Positions 7,632-16,218 of a DNA stretch of 20,556 bases are shown here, piece after piece; within the stretch, counting starts at the first letter, position 1, and every line of letters starts with the position of its first letter. Origin of the DNA: a bacterium (GTDB taxonomy: Bacteria; RBG-13-61-14; DATKZS01); assembly GCA_046484135.1 (NCBI GenBank), contig JAWOBU010000243.1:1-20556 (forward strand), written 5' to 3'. Below the pieces are notes generated by a model. The model ran no database searches and was not told where the DNA came from. It saw only the letters and a program-made list of their open reading frames with translations. A program made the position numbers and the translations under genes.

Positions 7632-7973
7632 ATGGACGACGAACAAAACGACCTGATGGATACGGAGCTTCCTCCGCCGGCCCTGCCCCTGGGATCGTAC
7701 ATGGCGGCGCAGCTTGCCGCCCTGAACGCCTTGGCGGTTTTGGACCGAGAGCTGGAGGACCTGGACAAGGTGAAGAGGATCGTGAAGATGACCGGAAGCG
7801 TGGCCTCGAGCCCCGGCTTTACAAACCAGCCCGGCGTTATAAACGCGGCCTCCGATGCCCTGGTCACGGTACTGGGCGAAAGGGGCAGGCACGCCCGCAT
7901 GGCGGTGGGCGTGGCCGAGCTTCCCGGCGGCGCGCCGGTCGCAGTCGAGCTCATCGCGCGCGTCCGGGACTGA
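7632..7973 (+). CDS. Rid (YjgF/YER057c/UK114) family protein with internal in-frame deletion; possible pseudogene
   Basis: ELPPPALPLGSY joins directly to AAQLAALNALAVL...LDKVKRIVKMTG.VAS.PGFTNQP.VINAASD...GRHARMAVGVAELP. The usual V-S-G-Q segment is absent. Confidence 0.75.
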   Translation: MDDEQNDLMDTELPPPALPLGSYMAAQLAALNALAVLDRELEDLDKVKRIVKMTGSVASSPGFTNQPGVINAASDALVTVLGERGRHARMAVGVAELPGGAPVAVELIARVRD

Positions 7974-7984
7974 CGTAACAGATC

Positions 7985-8728
7985 ATGGAAGCGCTCCCCC
8001 GCCCGCTTCTGCTCGGCCATCGCGGCGCCGCAGGCGAAGCCCCCGAGAACACCTGGCCCGCGTTTGAAGCGGCCCGCCGGGCGGGCATGCACGGCTTCGA
8101 GATTGACGTGCTTTTAACGAGCGACGGCGTGCCCGCGGTCATCCACGACCTGACGCTCACCAGGCTTTTCAGGGACAGGAAAGCCGTCCGATACATGAGC
8201 TTTGCCGATCTTTGCCGCCTGGACGTGGGTTCCCATTTCCATCCTCGCTTTGCCGGTGAAAAGGTTCCCCGCCTGGAGGACGTGCTGGACAGATACGGCG
8301 ACATGGTCCTGGACGTGGAGATAAAAGAACTGAACCCTTTTTCGGAGCGGCTCGCGGAGATGGTCATCGAGCTGGTAAAAGAACGGGGCATAGAGGACCG
8401 CATCATCATCTCCAGCTTCAACCCGGTAATCATAAGGAAGGTCCAGCGCCTGGAGCCGGGAATCCGCACCGGCTTTAACTACATCTCGGACTCCATCTTA
8501 CATCTTCGCCGGGCCTGGTTCGGCTTGTTCGCTCACACCTTTTCCAAACATCCCCAGCCCGGCCAGGTCACCCGCCGGTACCTGGGACGGCAGCACCGTA
8601 AAGGTATCCGGGTGATCCCCTGGGGTGTGAACCACGAAGCCGACGCCCTTCGTCTTCTTGCCATGGGCGCGGACGGCCTCATATCCGACTTTCCCGGCAT
8701 GCTCCGCAGGATCATGGACCGGGGGTAG
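7985..8728 (+). CDS. Glycerophosphodiester phosphodiesterase (GDPD/UgpQ-like)
   Basis: GHRGAAGEAPENT, FEIDV, DGVPAVIHD, VEIK, ISSFN, DGLISDFP; no signal peptide. Confidence 0.92.
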   Translation: MEALPRPLLLGHRGAAGEAPENTWPAFEAARRAGMHGFEIDVLLTSDGVPAVIHDLTLTRLFRDRKAVRYMSFADLCRLDVGSHFHPRFAGEKVPRLEDVLDRYGDMVLDVEIKELNPFSERLAEMVIELVKERGIEDRIIISSFNPVIIRKVQRLEPGIRTGFNYISDSILHLRRAWFGLFAHTFSKHPQPGQVTRRYLGRQHRKGIRVIPWGVNHEADALRLLAMGADGLISDFPGMLRRIMDRG

Positions 8729-8825
8729 AACCCGGCGTGCTTTTACTCTGGCGGCTTCAGGGCCGGCTTGTCGAGGCTTATGATTAAGGCGGGGATTTTT
8801 TTCGCTCCTAAAGCTCTTATTTAAC

Positions 8826-8854
8826 TTGACATTGGTTTGTGTTTTTCATATAAT
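8826..8854 (+). promoter_or_regulatory. Perfect-consensus sigma70 promoter
   Basis: TTGACA (8826-8831), 17 nt spacer, TATAAT (8849-8854), with AT-rich sequence upstream; about 100 nt before ATG 8952. Confidence 0.85.
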
Positions 8855-8951
8855 TGACATAACCGAGCCGGTAATTCGGATGGTTTTTTAAGCGGTTATT
8901 GAAATTGCAGTGAACGCAGGTTATGCGGAACCGAAATGCGGAGGCTGAAAA

Positions 8952-9950
8952 ATGAAGATGAAAGCGCGGACTGCGGTATCGGCGGTTCTGATTTTGTCCT
9001 TACTGTGCCTGGGAGCGTTCGATCCCTTTCAGAGCCCTTCCAAGAAGGAACTTCTCACCCGCCTGGAGAAACTGGAAAAACAAAACATGGAGCTTGAACA
9101 GCAGGTGTCCGACCTGGAGCGGCGCATGAACATACTCACACAACGGGTGAACGCTGTTTACAGCGGGCAGAAAAGCGGCCAGTACGTTGGGGGAGGCAAG
9201 GCCCATGCAGGCAGTTCCCCCAGTGCGGTGCCGGACCTGGACGTGGTGCGCGTCTCGCCGGAGAAGAAGAAGCAATCCTCTGCCGGCGGCGACTCCGGCC
9301 GCCGGTCGGGCGGCAAGGGAGGCAAAATCCTGATCCAAAAGCGGGAGGGAAACACTGTCTCCCTGGTCGAGCACAAGTCCGGCAAGAAGCAAGAGTCCTC
9401 CCCCTTGCCGGGCACTAATTATATTCCTCCTCCCGACCCCGAGACAGACAGCGACAAGCAAAAGACCAAGGAGAGAGACTCCGGCTCTTCTTCGCCTCCG
9501 ACCATGGCCTCGAGAAAGTCCGAGCCGGAAAAAGGAAGCAGCTCTCAAAATTCTTCAAAGCAGAAAGAGAGCGCCTCGGAGAAGGACCTCTACCAGGAGT
9601 TGCAGTCGCTTTGGAAGTCGGATGATGAGGGCGGGGCCGTCCCGAAGATGAAGTCCTACCTTAACCGGTACCCGAAGGGCTCGCACGTGGACGAGGTCTC
9701 CTTCCGACTGGGCAGGGCCTTGTACCGGCGTGGCGATTACAACGACGCCATTCGCTACTTGAGCCTTGTAACGGAGGACTATCCCACCAGCAGCTATGCT
9801 GCGCATTCTCTTTACCTGACGGGACTTTCCTACCTGGAGCTGGGCCGCACGGACAAGGCGGCGGACGTGCTCCGGGAGGTCAAGATTTTATATCCTTTCA
9901 GCAAGTCGGCCAAGAAGGCGGAAGAGAAGCTTTCTTCCTGCTGCCCTTGA
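8952..9950 (+). CDS. Exported coiled-coil + TPR protein, CpoB/YbgF-like
   Basis: Signal peptide, coiled coil (LLTRLEKLEKQNMELEQQVSDLERRM), long Ser/Lys/Gly/Pro linker, three C-terminal TPR-like repeats (YLNRYPKG, VTEDYPTS, VKILYPFS). Confidence 0.75.
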   Translation: MKMKARTAVSAVLILSLLCLGAFDPFQSPSKKELLTRLEKLEKQNMELEQQVSDLERRMNILTQRVNAVYSGQKSGQYVGGGKAHAGSSPSAVPDLDVVRVSPEKKKQSSAGGDSGRRSGGKGGKILIQKREGNTVSLVEHKSGKKQESSPLPGTNYIPPPDPETDSDKQKTKERDSGSSSPPTMASRKSEPEKGSSSQNSSKQKESASEKDLYQELQSLWKSDDEGGAVPKMKSYLNRYPKGSHVDEVSFRLGRALYRRGDYNDAIRYLSLVTEDYPTSSYAAHSLYLTGLSYLELGRTDKAADVLREVKILYPFSKSAKKAEEKLSSCCP

Positions 9951-10007
9951 GCCGCGCGCGGAGAGGGGAGAGCGATTAATAGAGCTAAGCCAAGGAGGTC
10001 GTGAATA

Positions 10008-11378
10008 ATGATGCGGGGAATTCTGAAGCGGTTTATGGCCGGGTTCCTTATGGCGAGCCTGGTATTGGTGGTAAGCCCGGGGCGGGCCCAGCAAACGGCG
10101 CCGGACTTGGAGGTGGAGAAGGCGGAGCTTTCAGACCCGGCGGCCGGAGAAACGGCCGGGGAAAACGACGTTAACGAGACCTATATAACTCCGGACCTGG
10201 AGAGCATGAACCTTATCTGGATCCAGAAGGGAGACGTGTTAAGGGTGGGCTACGTGGTCCAGACCGGCGACACCATGTGGGACATCGCCGGGCGGTACCT
10301 TAACAGCCCTTACTACTGGCCCAAGATATGGGAGAGGAACTCGAAGGTAATAATCAACCCGCACCTTATCTTCCCCGGAGACATCCTTTATCTCTACCCG
10401 GAAGTGGTAGTAGAAAAGGAGTTGCCCCCCGAGGAGGGAGGGACCGTATCTACTCAACCTTCCACCGAGAAAAAGGAGATCGAGTACCAGCACACTGGCT
10501 CTACCGGTTTCGTGTCCATGGACGAGCTCGAGGTCGCCGGCAAAATCATTGACAGTCTTCAACCCAAGCAGCTTCTGGCCCAGGGGGACATCGTTTACGT
10601 GAACATCGGTAAAACCGGCTTCAATGAGGTTGGCGACCAGTTCACCGTTTTCCGTCATCTTCACGACGCCTCCAGCGAGGATGTCGTCAAGATCTATCAT
10701 CCGGTGACGGACGAGTTGATAGGCTACCAGGTGGTGAACCTCGGCAAGGTGGAGCTGACCAATGTCGAGGCCGAGGTCTCTGAGGCAAAGATAACCAAGT
10801 CATATAGGGAGATCATGACCGGCGACCGGCTTACGCCTTATATAAAGCCGTTGGAGCAGAAGGTCGAGGTCATCCCCACCAGCATTAAAAGTCTGCAGGC
10901 CTACATCATCGCCTCCAAGAGACGGCAATCCATCATGGGCAACAACGACGTGGTTTACCTGGACGTGGGCAAGAACGACAACGTCAGGCGGGGCCACATG
11001 TTTTATATCTACGAGCCTTGCGAGCTCATCCAGGACCCGGTGAGCGAGGACCACATCCGGATTCCCAAAAAGATCATAGGCAGGGCGGTGGTGCTGAAGC
11101 CTTATGACGACACCTCGGTGGCCCTTATCTCGGAAGCGAAAAAGGAGGTCCACATAGGCGAGAGAGTCCTTCTCAGCATGTACGAAAGATGGGAGATCGA
11201 GGGAGTGAGCTCTTCCACCGCTGTCAGCTCCTGCAAGGAAGACTCGGACTGCCAGCTTATTACCGAACAGGAGTATGAGGACGGAAAGGTCAGTCCCTTC
11301 TGCACCGTGGTCTCGCCGGATGAAACGAAAGGAAAACAGAAAAAAGAAAAGCAGGAGAAAGACAGCTCCGAGGAATAA
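10008..11378 (+). CDS. Exported LysM peptidoglycan-binding protein (TsaP-like architecture)
   Basis: AAGGAGG 9992-9998; signal peptide; LysM YVVQTGDTMWDIAGRYLNSPYYWPKIW...NPHLIFPGD; two repeated beta-domains (GDIVYVNIG / NDVVYLDVG; HPVTDELIG / DPVSEDHI). Confidence 0.85.
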   Translation: MMRGILKRFMAGFLMASLVLVVSPGRAQQTAPDLEVEKAELSDPAAGETAGENDVNETYITPDLESMNLIWIQKGDVLRVGYVVQTGDTMWDIAGRYLNSPYYWPKIWERNSKVIINPHLIFPGDILYLYPEVVVEKELPPEEGGTVSTQPSTEKKEIEYQHTGSTGFVSMDELEVAGKIIDSLQPKQLLAQGDIVYVNIGKTGFNEVGDQFTVFRHLHDASSEDVVKIYHPVTDELIGYQVVNLGKVELTNVEAEVSEAKITKSYREIMTGDRLTPYIKPLEQKVEVIPTSIKSLQAYIIASKRRQSIMGNNDVVYLDVGKNDNVRRGHMFYIYEPCELIQDPVSEDHIRIPKKIIGRAVVLKPYDDTSVALISEAKKEVHIGERVLLSMYERWEIEGVSSSTAVSSCKEDSDCQLITEQEYEDGKVSPFCTVVSPDETKGKQKKEKQEKDSSEE

Positions 11379-11414
11379 TGCCGGGGCCCGACACCGCGGG
11401 CTAAGCGTAACCAG

Positions 11415-11448
11415 GGCCGGGGGCTTATTACAAGCCTCCGGCCTTTTT
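11415..11448 (+). terminator. Rho-independent terminator after the LysM gene
   Basis: GGCCGGGGGCTT (11415-11426) pairs with AAGCCTCCGGCC (11432-11443; one G:U), 5-nt loop, then TTTTT. Confidence 0.8.
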
Positions 11449-11462
11449 GACAGGGAAAACAT

Positions 11463-11500
11463 AATAAAACCGCCCGGAAGAGGCGTCTCCGCCGGGCGGT
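11463..11500 (-). terminator. Rho-independent terminator after the betaine-binding protein gene
   Basis: ACCGCCCGG (11469-11477) and CCGGGCGGT (11492-11500) form an inverted repeat, followed on the minus strand by a T-rich tract (TTTATT). Confidence 0.7.
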
Positions 11501-11530
11501 CGTTTATTTCAAGCGCGGTTCACGCAGCCG

Positions 11531-12409
11531 TCAAGGCATCCACTGTTTGACCTTTTCCGGGTTCTGTTTCACCCACTTTTTGGCGTTCTTATACGGGTCT
11601 GCCTTTTTCTCCTGATTCCACATCAAGACCTTCTCCAGGTCCTTTATATCCCATTGGAAGTTGTCCAGGAGCTGGTACGCCTCGGGCATGTCCTTTTTCA
11701 GCCCCTGCCGGACCACGGTGTCCACGTGCCCTGCTTCACCGTAGACCTTCTTCGGGTCCTTTAAGTACTTAAGGTCCCACCGGATGAACTTCCAGTGGGG
11801 GTTCCAGCCGGTCACCACTATCCACTCTTTATTTTTAATGGCTCCCTTGAGCGCGGAGGTCATGGTGGCGCCGCTGCCCTCCACCAGCTCCATGTCCAGG
11901 TTGTACTCCTCCAGGGCTTTCTCGGTTGAGCTCATTATTCCCGCGCCCGGGTCTATGCCGATGATCTTTTCGTCGAACTTGTCGGCGTTCTTAGCAAGCT
12001 CGGGTATGGAGCTTATGGTTACGTACTCGGGGACCACCAGTCCTATTCTGGTGCCCTCGACGTTGGGCCCCAGGTTCTCCACCTGGTCCTTTACTTTTTC
12101 GTAGTAATGCTTGTGGGTGGTGGGAAGCCATGCCGCCACCATGGCGTCCGCGTTGCCGGTGGCCACCGACTGCCACATGGCTGCCGCGGAGACCGGGAGC
12201 GTCTCCACCTTGTAACCGAGGTCTTCGAGCAGCACCTTCATGACGTTGGTGGAAGCCACCGCGTCCGACCACTCCACGTACACCAGCTTGATCTTTTTGG
12301 GGGCCGCGGCCTCTTTTCCCTCTTGGCCTTGATTGCCGGACTCACACGCGGTAAAGAACAACGCGCTCGCCACAAGACACGCCAGCAGGAAAACGATTTT
12401 TCTTTTCAT
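11531..12409 (-). CDS. proX: Glycine betaine ABC transporter substrate-binding lipoprotein (OpuAC/ProX)
   Basis: Lipobox FTA-C; YVEWSD, AWLPTTH, GIDPGAGIM, VTGWNPHW, LKDPKKVYG give the Trp-cage motifs of the OpuAC type. Confidence 0.92.
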   Translation of the reverse strand: MKRKIVFLLACLVASALFFTACESGNQGQEGKEAAAPKKIKLVYVEWSDAVASTNVMKVLLEDLGYKVETLPVSAAAMWQSVATGNADAMVAAWLPTTHKHYYEKVKDQVENLGPNVEGTRIGLVVPEYVTISSIPELAKNADKFDEKIIGIDPGAGIMSSTEKALEEYNLDMELVEGSGATMTSALKGAIKNKEWIVVTGWNPHWKFIRWDLKYLKDPKKVYGEAGHVDTVVRQGLKKDMPEAYQLLDNFQWDIKDLEKVLMWNQEKKADPYKNAKKWVKQNPEKVKQWMP

Positions 12410-12425
12410 GGTATTACTCCTTCTT

Positions 12426-13268
12426 TCAAGTCGTTCTGGTCTTCTCTCCGATCCTCTGGGTAAGGCGGTCCAGGACCATGGCGAGTATTACCACTGCCAC
12501 GCCCCCCTCGAAACCGAGCCCCGGCTCGAGCCTCTGGATGGCTTTCCAGACCACGCCGCCCAGACCTTGTGCCCCTATCATGGCAGCTATGACCACCATT
12601 GACAAGGCCAGCATGATGGTCTGGTTGATCCCCGCCATTATAGTGGTGGTAGCCACCGGGAGCTGGAGCTTGAAAAGCTTCTGCATCCGGGTGGAGCCAA
12701 AAGCGTCGGCAGCCTCGATCAGGTCGGTGGGGACCTCGCGGATACCCAGGATGGTGAGCCGGATGGCAGGAGGCATGGAAAAGATCACCGTGGAAACCAT
12801 GGCCGAGACCACCCCCAGACCGAAGAAAGGGATGGCCGGGATAAGATAGACAAAAGCCGGCATGGTCTGCATGAAGTCCAGCACCGGCATAATGATCTTA
12901 TAGAAGAATCCTGACAGGGCGCCCAGGACACCTACCGGCAGTCCTATCGTGACCGCGATCACGGTGGAGATGAGGACCAGGGTCAGGGTCTGCACGGTCG
13001 GGAACCACAGTCCCAGGTTAAGGCAGAAGGCCAGCCCGATCTCGATGAAAAGCCCCAGTTTAAGGCCGCCCAGGTAAATGGCGACAGCGGTTATGGCCAG
13101 GATCAGAACCCAAGGAGGCAGGGTCATGAGCGCGTCCACCAGGCCGTCATAGCCGTTCTCGGTGACGTTGCTTATGCCCTGGGTTACAAAGCTGAAATGA
13201 TCGGTAAAAAAATCAATCCCTGCTTCGATGATGTCTCCCAGCGGAAATTGGGGTATTTGATAAGACAT
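12426..13268 (-). CDS. proW: Glycine betaine ABC transporter permease
   Basis: PVLDFMQTMPAFVYLIPA, EAA loop (EAADAFG), MAGINQTIMLALSMVVIAAMIGA. The start overlaps the proV stop (TGATG). Confidence 0.95.
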   Translation of the reverse strand: MSYQIPQFPLGDIIEAGIDFFTDHFSFVTQGISNVTENGYDGLVDALMTLPPWVLILAITAVAIYLGGLKLGLFIEIGLAFCLNLGLWFPTVQTLTLVLISTVIAVTIGLPVGVLGALSGFFYKIIMPVLDFMQTMPAFVYLIPAIPFFGLGVVSAMVSTVIFSMPPAIRLTILGIREVPTDLIEAADAFGSTRMQKLFKLQLPVATTTIMAGINQTIMLALSMVVIAAMIGAQGLGGVVWKAIQRLEPGLGFEGGVAVVILAMVLDRLTQRIGEKTRTT

Positions 13269-14449
13269 CAGCGACCCCCTCCTTCGGCGAGCCCTCCGAG
13301 CAGGCTGCCTTTAACGATCACTCCCTGGAGGCGGTTCTTTTCGTCCACCACCGGGACGGGCTGGCTGATCTCGGCCAGTATGGGTATCAGGTTATTGAGG
13401 GGCTCGTCCAGGCCCACCGAGTTCTCCACCGGACGGCAGATGTCCTTCAAGGTCTTGCCCTGACCGGCCTCCCGGTCCGCTTCCTCAGCCGAGACTACCC
13501 CCGCCAGGCTGTAGTCCCTTTTAACCACGAAGAGCGCGGATATGCCGGCCCCCTTCATGCGGTGGAGCGCGGTGCGGGGACCGTCGTTCTCGAACCCCAC
13601 TGCCCGGGGCCGCCGCATGACCGCCTGCGCGGTAAGCACCCGGGAGCGGTCCACGCCCTCCACGAACCTCTCCACGTAGTCGTCCGCGGGAGTAGTGAGA
13701 ATCTCCTCCGCGGTGCCGGTCTGCACCACCCTCCCCTCGTTCATGAGGATGATCCGGTCGCCGATCTTCAAAGCCTCGTCCAGGTCATGGGTGATAAAGA
13801 GTATGGTCTTTTTTACCCGCTCCTGGAGCTTTAAAAGCTCGTCCTGCATGTCCTGGCGGATCAAGGGGTCCAGGGCGCTGAAGGCCTCGTCCATGAGCAG
13901 GATGTCCGGGTCCACCGCCAGGGCCCGGGCCAGTCCCACCCGCTGGAGCATGCCTCCGCTCAACTGGGCCGGAATCTGGTTCTCCCATCCTTCCAGGCCC
14001 ACCAGGCTCAAGGTCTCCCGGGCCTTGTCTTCTCTTACTTTTTTATCCACTCCCTGTACTTCCAGGCCGTAAGCTGCGTTCCGGAGCACGGTACGATGGG
14101 GAAACAGGGCGAAGTGCTGGAAGACCATACCCAGCTTTCTGCGGCGTAGCTCGCGGAGCTGGTGATGGTCGTATTTCATGATGTCTTCGCCTTCGATGAT
14201 TACCGTTCCGCGGGTTGGTTCGATAAGCCGGTTTATGCACCTTATCAGGGTGGACTTGCCGCTCCCGGAAAGTCCCATGACCACTACGGTCTCGCCTTCC
14301 TCGACCCCGAAAGACACATCATGGACTCCGACCGTGTTGCCGGTCTTTTCCATGATCTCGGCCTTGCCCACGCCCTGCTCGATCATCTCCAGGGCCTCCC
14401 CCCAGTAACGGCCGAATATCTTGGTCACATTCTTGGCTTCTATTTTCAT
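13268..14449 (-). CDS. proV: Glycine betaine ABC transporter ATP-binding subunit with C-terminal CBS pair
   Basis: GLSGSGKST, LSGGMLQRVGLARAL, LLMDEAFSALDPLIR, ITHDLDEA, plus a CBS-like C-terminus. Confidence 0.95.
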   Translation of the reverse strand: MKIEAKNVTKIFGRYWGEALEMIEQGVGKAEIMEKTGNTVGVHDVSFGVEEGETVVVMGLSGSGKSTLIRCINRLIEPTRGTVIIEGEDIMKYDHHQLRELRRRKLGMVFQHFALFPHRTVLRNAAYGLEVQGVDKKVREDKARETLSLVGLEGWENQIPAQLSGGMLQRVGLARALAVDPDILLMDEAFSALDPLIRQDMQDELLKLQERVKKTILFITHDLDEALKIGDRIILMNEGRVVQTGTAEEILTTPADDYVERFVEGVDRSRVLTAQAVMRRPRAVGFENDGPRTALHRMKGAGISALFVVKRDYSLAGVVSAEEADREAGQGKTLKDICRPVENSVGLDEPLNNLIPILAEISQPVPVVDEKNRLQGVIVKGSLLGGLAEGGGR

Positions 14450-14587
14450 ACGCTTTCAATAACCCTAAGTTGCCGTCAACATTTTTTACCAAAGCCGATG
14501 ACTAGCCGGGCCCTAGAAGCTTAACGCCTTGTGCCCCGTTTCGTGGAACGTGAGCCAAGGCGTTATAAGCCAAGCCCGGTTTGACTA

Positions 14588-15427
14588 TTACTCTTTATGA
14601 AAGTGGAATATCCCCCAGCAGAGGTATCCCTTTTTCCCTCCGTCCACCCAGTTGGCCAGTCCTTTCTTCATGCGCTGGATGTACTCGTCCGAGCAGACCT
14701 CCCGGAGCCGCTCTTCGTTCTTCTCGGTCTCCTGCAGCACCCGGGCGTAGTGTTGGGTCAGGTGAGGGGTCAGCTCCTCGAAGCTCATCTCCTTTAGCCC
14801 GGCCTCCTTGCCCGCCTTGCGATACACCGCGGGCGAGCCCAGCGAGGTCAGGTGGATCCTCTCGTAGATGGCGTCCAGTACTCCCTCGGGGCAGTCGTCC
14901 GCCTGCATGGGGTCGGTAAAAACCAAGTCCCCCCCGGGCTTCAGCACCCGGGCGGCCTCCTTGATCACCTGTTCGCGCTTGCCGCTGTGGAGGATGGAGT
15001 CCTGGGACCAGACAAGGTCGTAAGACTCGTCCTGGAAAGGCAACTCCTCGAAGTTGCCGTCCACCACATCCACCAGGTGGTCCAGACCCTGCTCCTTGTT
15101 CATCTTCCGGTCCCGCTCGTTCTCGACCTCGGAGAGGTTCTGCGCGGTAACGTGGCAGCCGTACTTTCCGGCCAGGTACCGGGCGGTCCCGCCGAACCCG
15201 GCGCCCAGGTCCAGGATGCGGGTTGAAGGCGTAATGCGGCCCTCCACCTTCGAGCACATCCGGTCAATGGTCCGGCGGCTGGCATCGAATATGGGCTCCT
15301 CCGGATACTCGTAAATCCCCAGGTGGAGGTCCTCGCCTCCCCATATGGTAAAGTAGAAGTTGTCCGCGTCAGACGAATCGTAGTACTGCTTGGTTACCTC
15401 GACCGATTCGGATTCTTTGTCCGTCAT
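14588..15427 (-). CDS. SAM-dependent sarcosine/dimethylglycine N-methyltransferase (SDMT-like, glycine betaine synthesis)
   Basis: AGGAG RBS before ATG 15427 gives 279 aa (the ORF-track start at 15718 overlaps DUF1638). YYDSSDADNFYFTIWGGEDLHLGIY, SAM motif ILDLGAGFGG, WSQDSILH, FTDPMQAD, MKKGLxxW and WGIFHF are characteristic of SDMT. Confidence 0.88.
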   Translation of the reverse strand: MTDKESESVEVTKQYYDSSDADNFYFTIWGGEDLHLGIYEYPEEPIFDASRRTIDRMCSKVEGRITPSTRILDLGAGFGGTARYLAGKYGCHVTAQNLSEVENERDRKMNKEQGLDHLVDVVDGNFEELPFQDESYDLVWSQDSILHSGKREQVIKEAARVLKPGGDLVFTDPMQADDCPEGVLDAIYERIHLTSLGSPAVYRKAGKEAGLKEMSFEELTPHLTQHYARVLQETEKNEERLREVCSDEYIQRMKKGLANWVDGGKKGYLCWGIFHFHKE

Positions 15428-15474
15428 ATCTCGTTCTCCTTTCTGTTTCTTTTTATAAAAAACTGCTCTGTCTC

Positions 15475-16200
15475 TTACTCCAGAAACGGCATCTGGGTTA
15501 TGACTTCGCCCGGCCTTATGTGGATGAAATCCTCTTCGTTGTAAGGGCCGAAGAGTATCTTCTTGAAGTACTCGTCCGTTCCCTCGACCTCGAAATAGTC
15601 CTTCTCCAGAAAGCCGGCGTTTTCCCGCGCCCGCTCCCGCAGAGGGCCCACGTCTTGTACCCCCGTGTTTATAAGCGCGATGCGGGTATAATGCTTCAGC
15701 TCTTCGCGCAACGCCCACTCTGCCGTCTCGCGCCCCACCCTGGGCACGTAATCGCTTTCCAGGTACCCCAAGGGGTCCTTCTTTTCCGCCACCCAGCCGG
15801 GAGACAGGTAATAGGTCCCGGCATTATCGCTGAAGGCCTTCTGGTACTTCTCCCTCGAGCCCAGAAACAGGGCGATGCAGTCGTGGATCCGCGGCACGAT
15901 AAGGCCCTGGTCCGGGGCCTTTACCCCGGCGATGCCGTTCGAGCACAGGCCGTACCCCAGCACTATCATGGAGGCCTCGGCTTTTACTGCGTCCACCGCC
16001 TCCTGGATGAACTCGGGCATGAGGTCCGGAGTGCGGTGAAGGTTCTGGTCCAGGAACCTGACCATGATGCCGTGTTGCTCCGGGTGGAGCGCCTCTATCT
16101 CCGGCTTCACGGACCCGCAGGCTATTACCCATTTGGGGCCTTCAGGAGAGGCCCGCTCCGCTTTTTCCCCGGCCGGCTCTTTTTCAGGAAGCTCACTCAA
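15475..16200 (-). CDS. DUF1638 domain protein
   Basis: VIAC, LHRTP, LGYGLCSNG, PRIHDCIALFLGS, GTYYLSPGW, YTRIALINTG. TTG start with GGAGGT RBS. Confidence 0.85.
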   Translation of the reverse strand: MSELPEKEPAGEKAERASPEGPKWVIACGSVKPEIEALHPEQHGIMVRFLDQNLHRTPDLMPEFIQEAVDAVKAEASMIVLGYGLCSNGIAGVKAPDQGLIVPRIHDCIALFLGSREKYQKAFSDNAGTYYLSPGWVAEKKDPLGYLESDYVPRVGRETAEWALREELKHYTRIALINTGVQDVGPLRERARENAGFLEKDYFEVEGTDEYFKKILFGPYNEEDFIHIRPGEVITQMPFLE

Positions 16201-16218
16201 GGTATTTAACCTCCGGGT

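Noticed and set aside
7985..8728. GDPD as a choline supplier for the betaine operon
   Set aside because: Separate transcription unit on the opposite strand, with no choline oxidation genes in the window.
15450..15461. 12-bp palindrome TTTTTATAAAAA before SDMT
   Set aside because: Low complexity, with no second copy or promoter context found.
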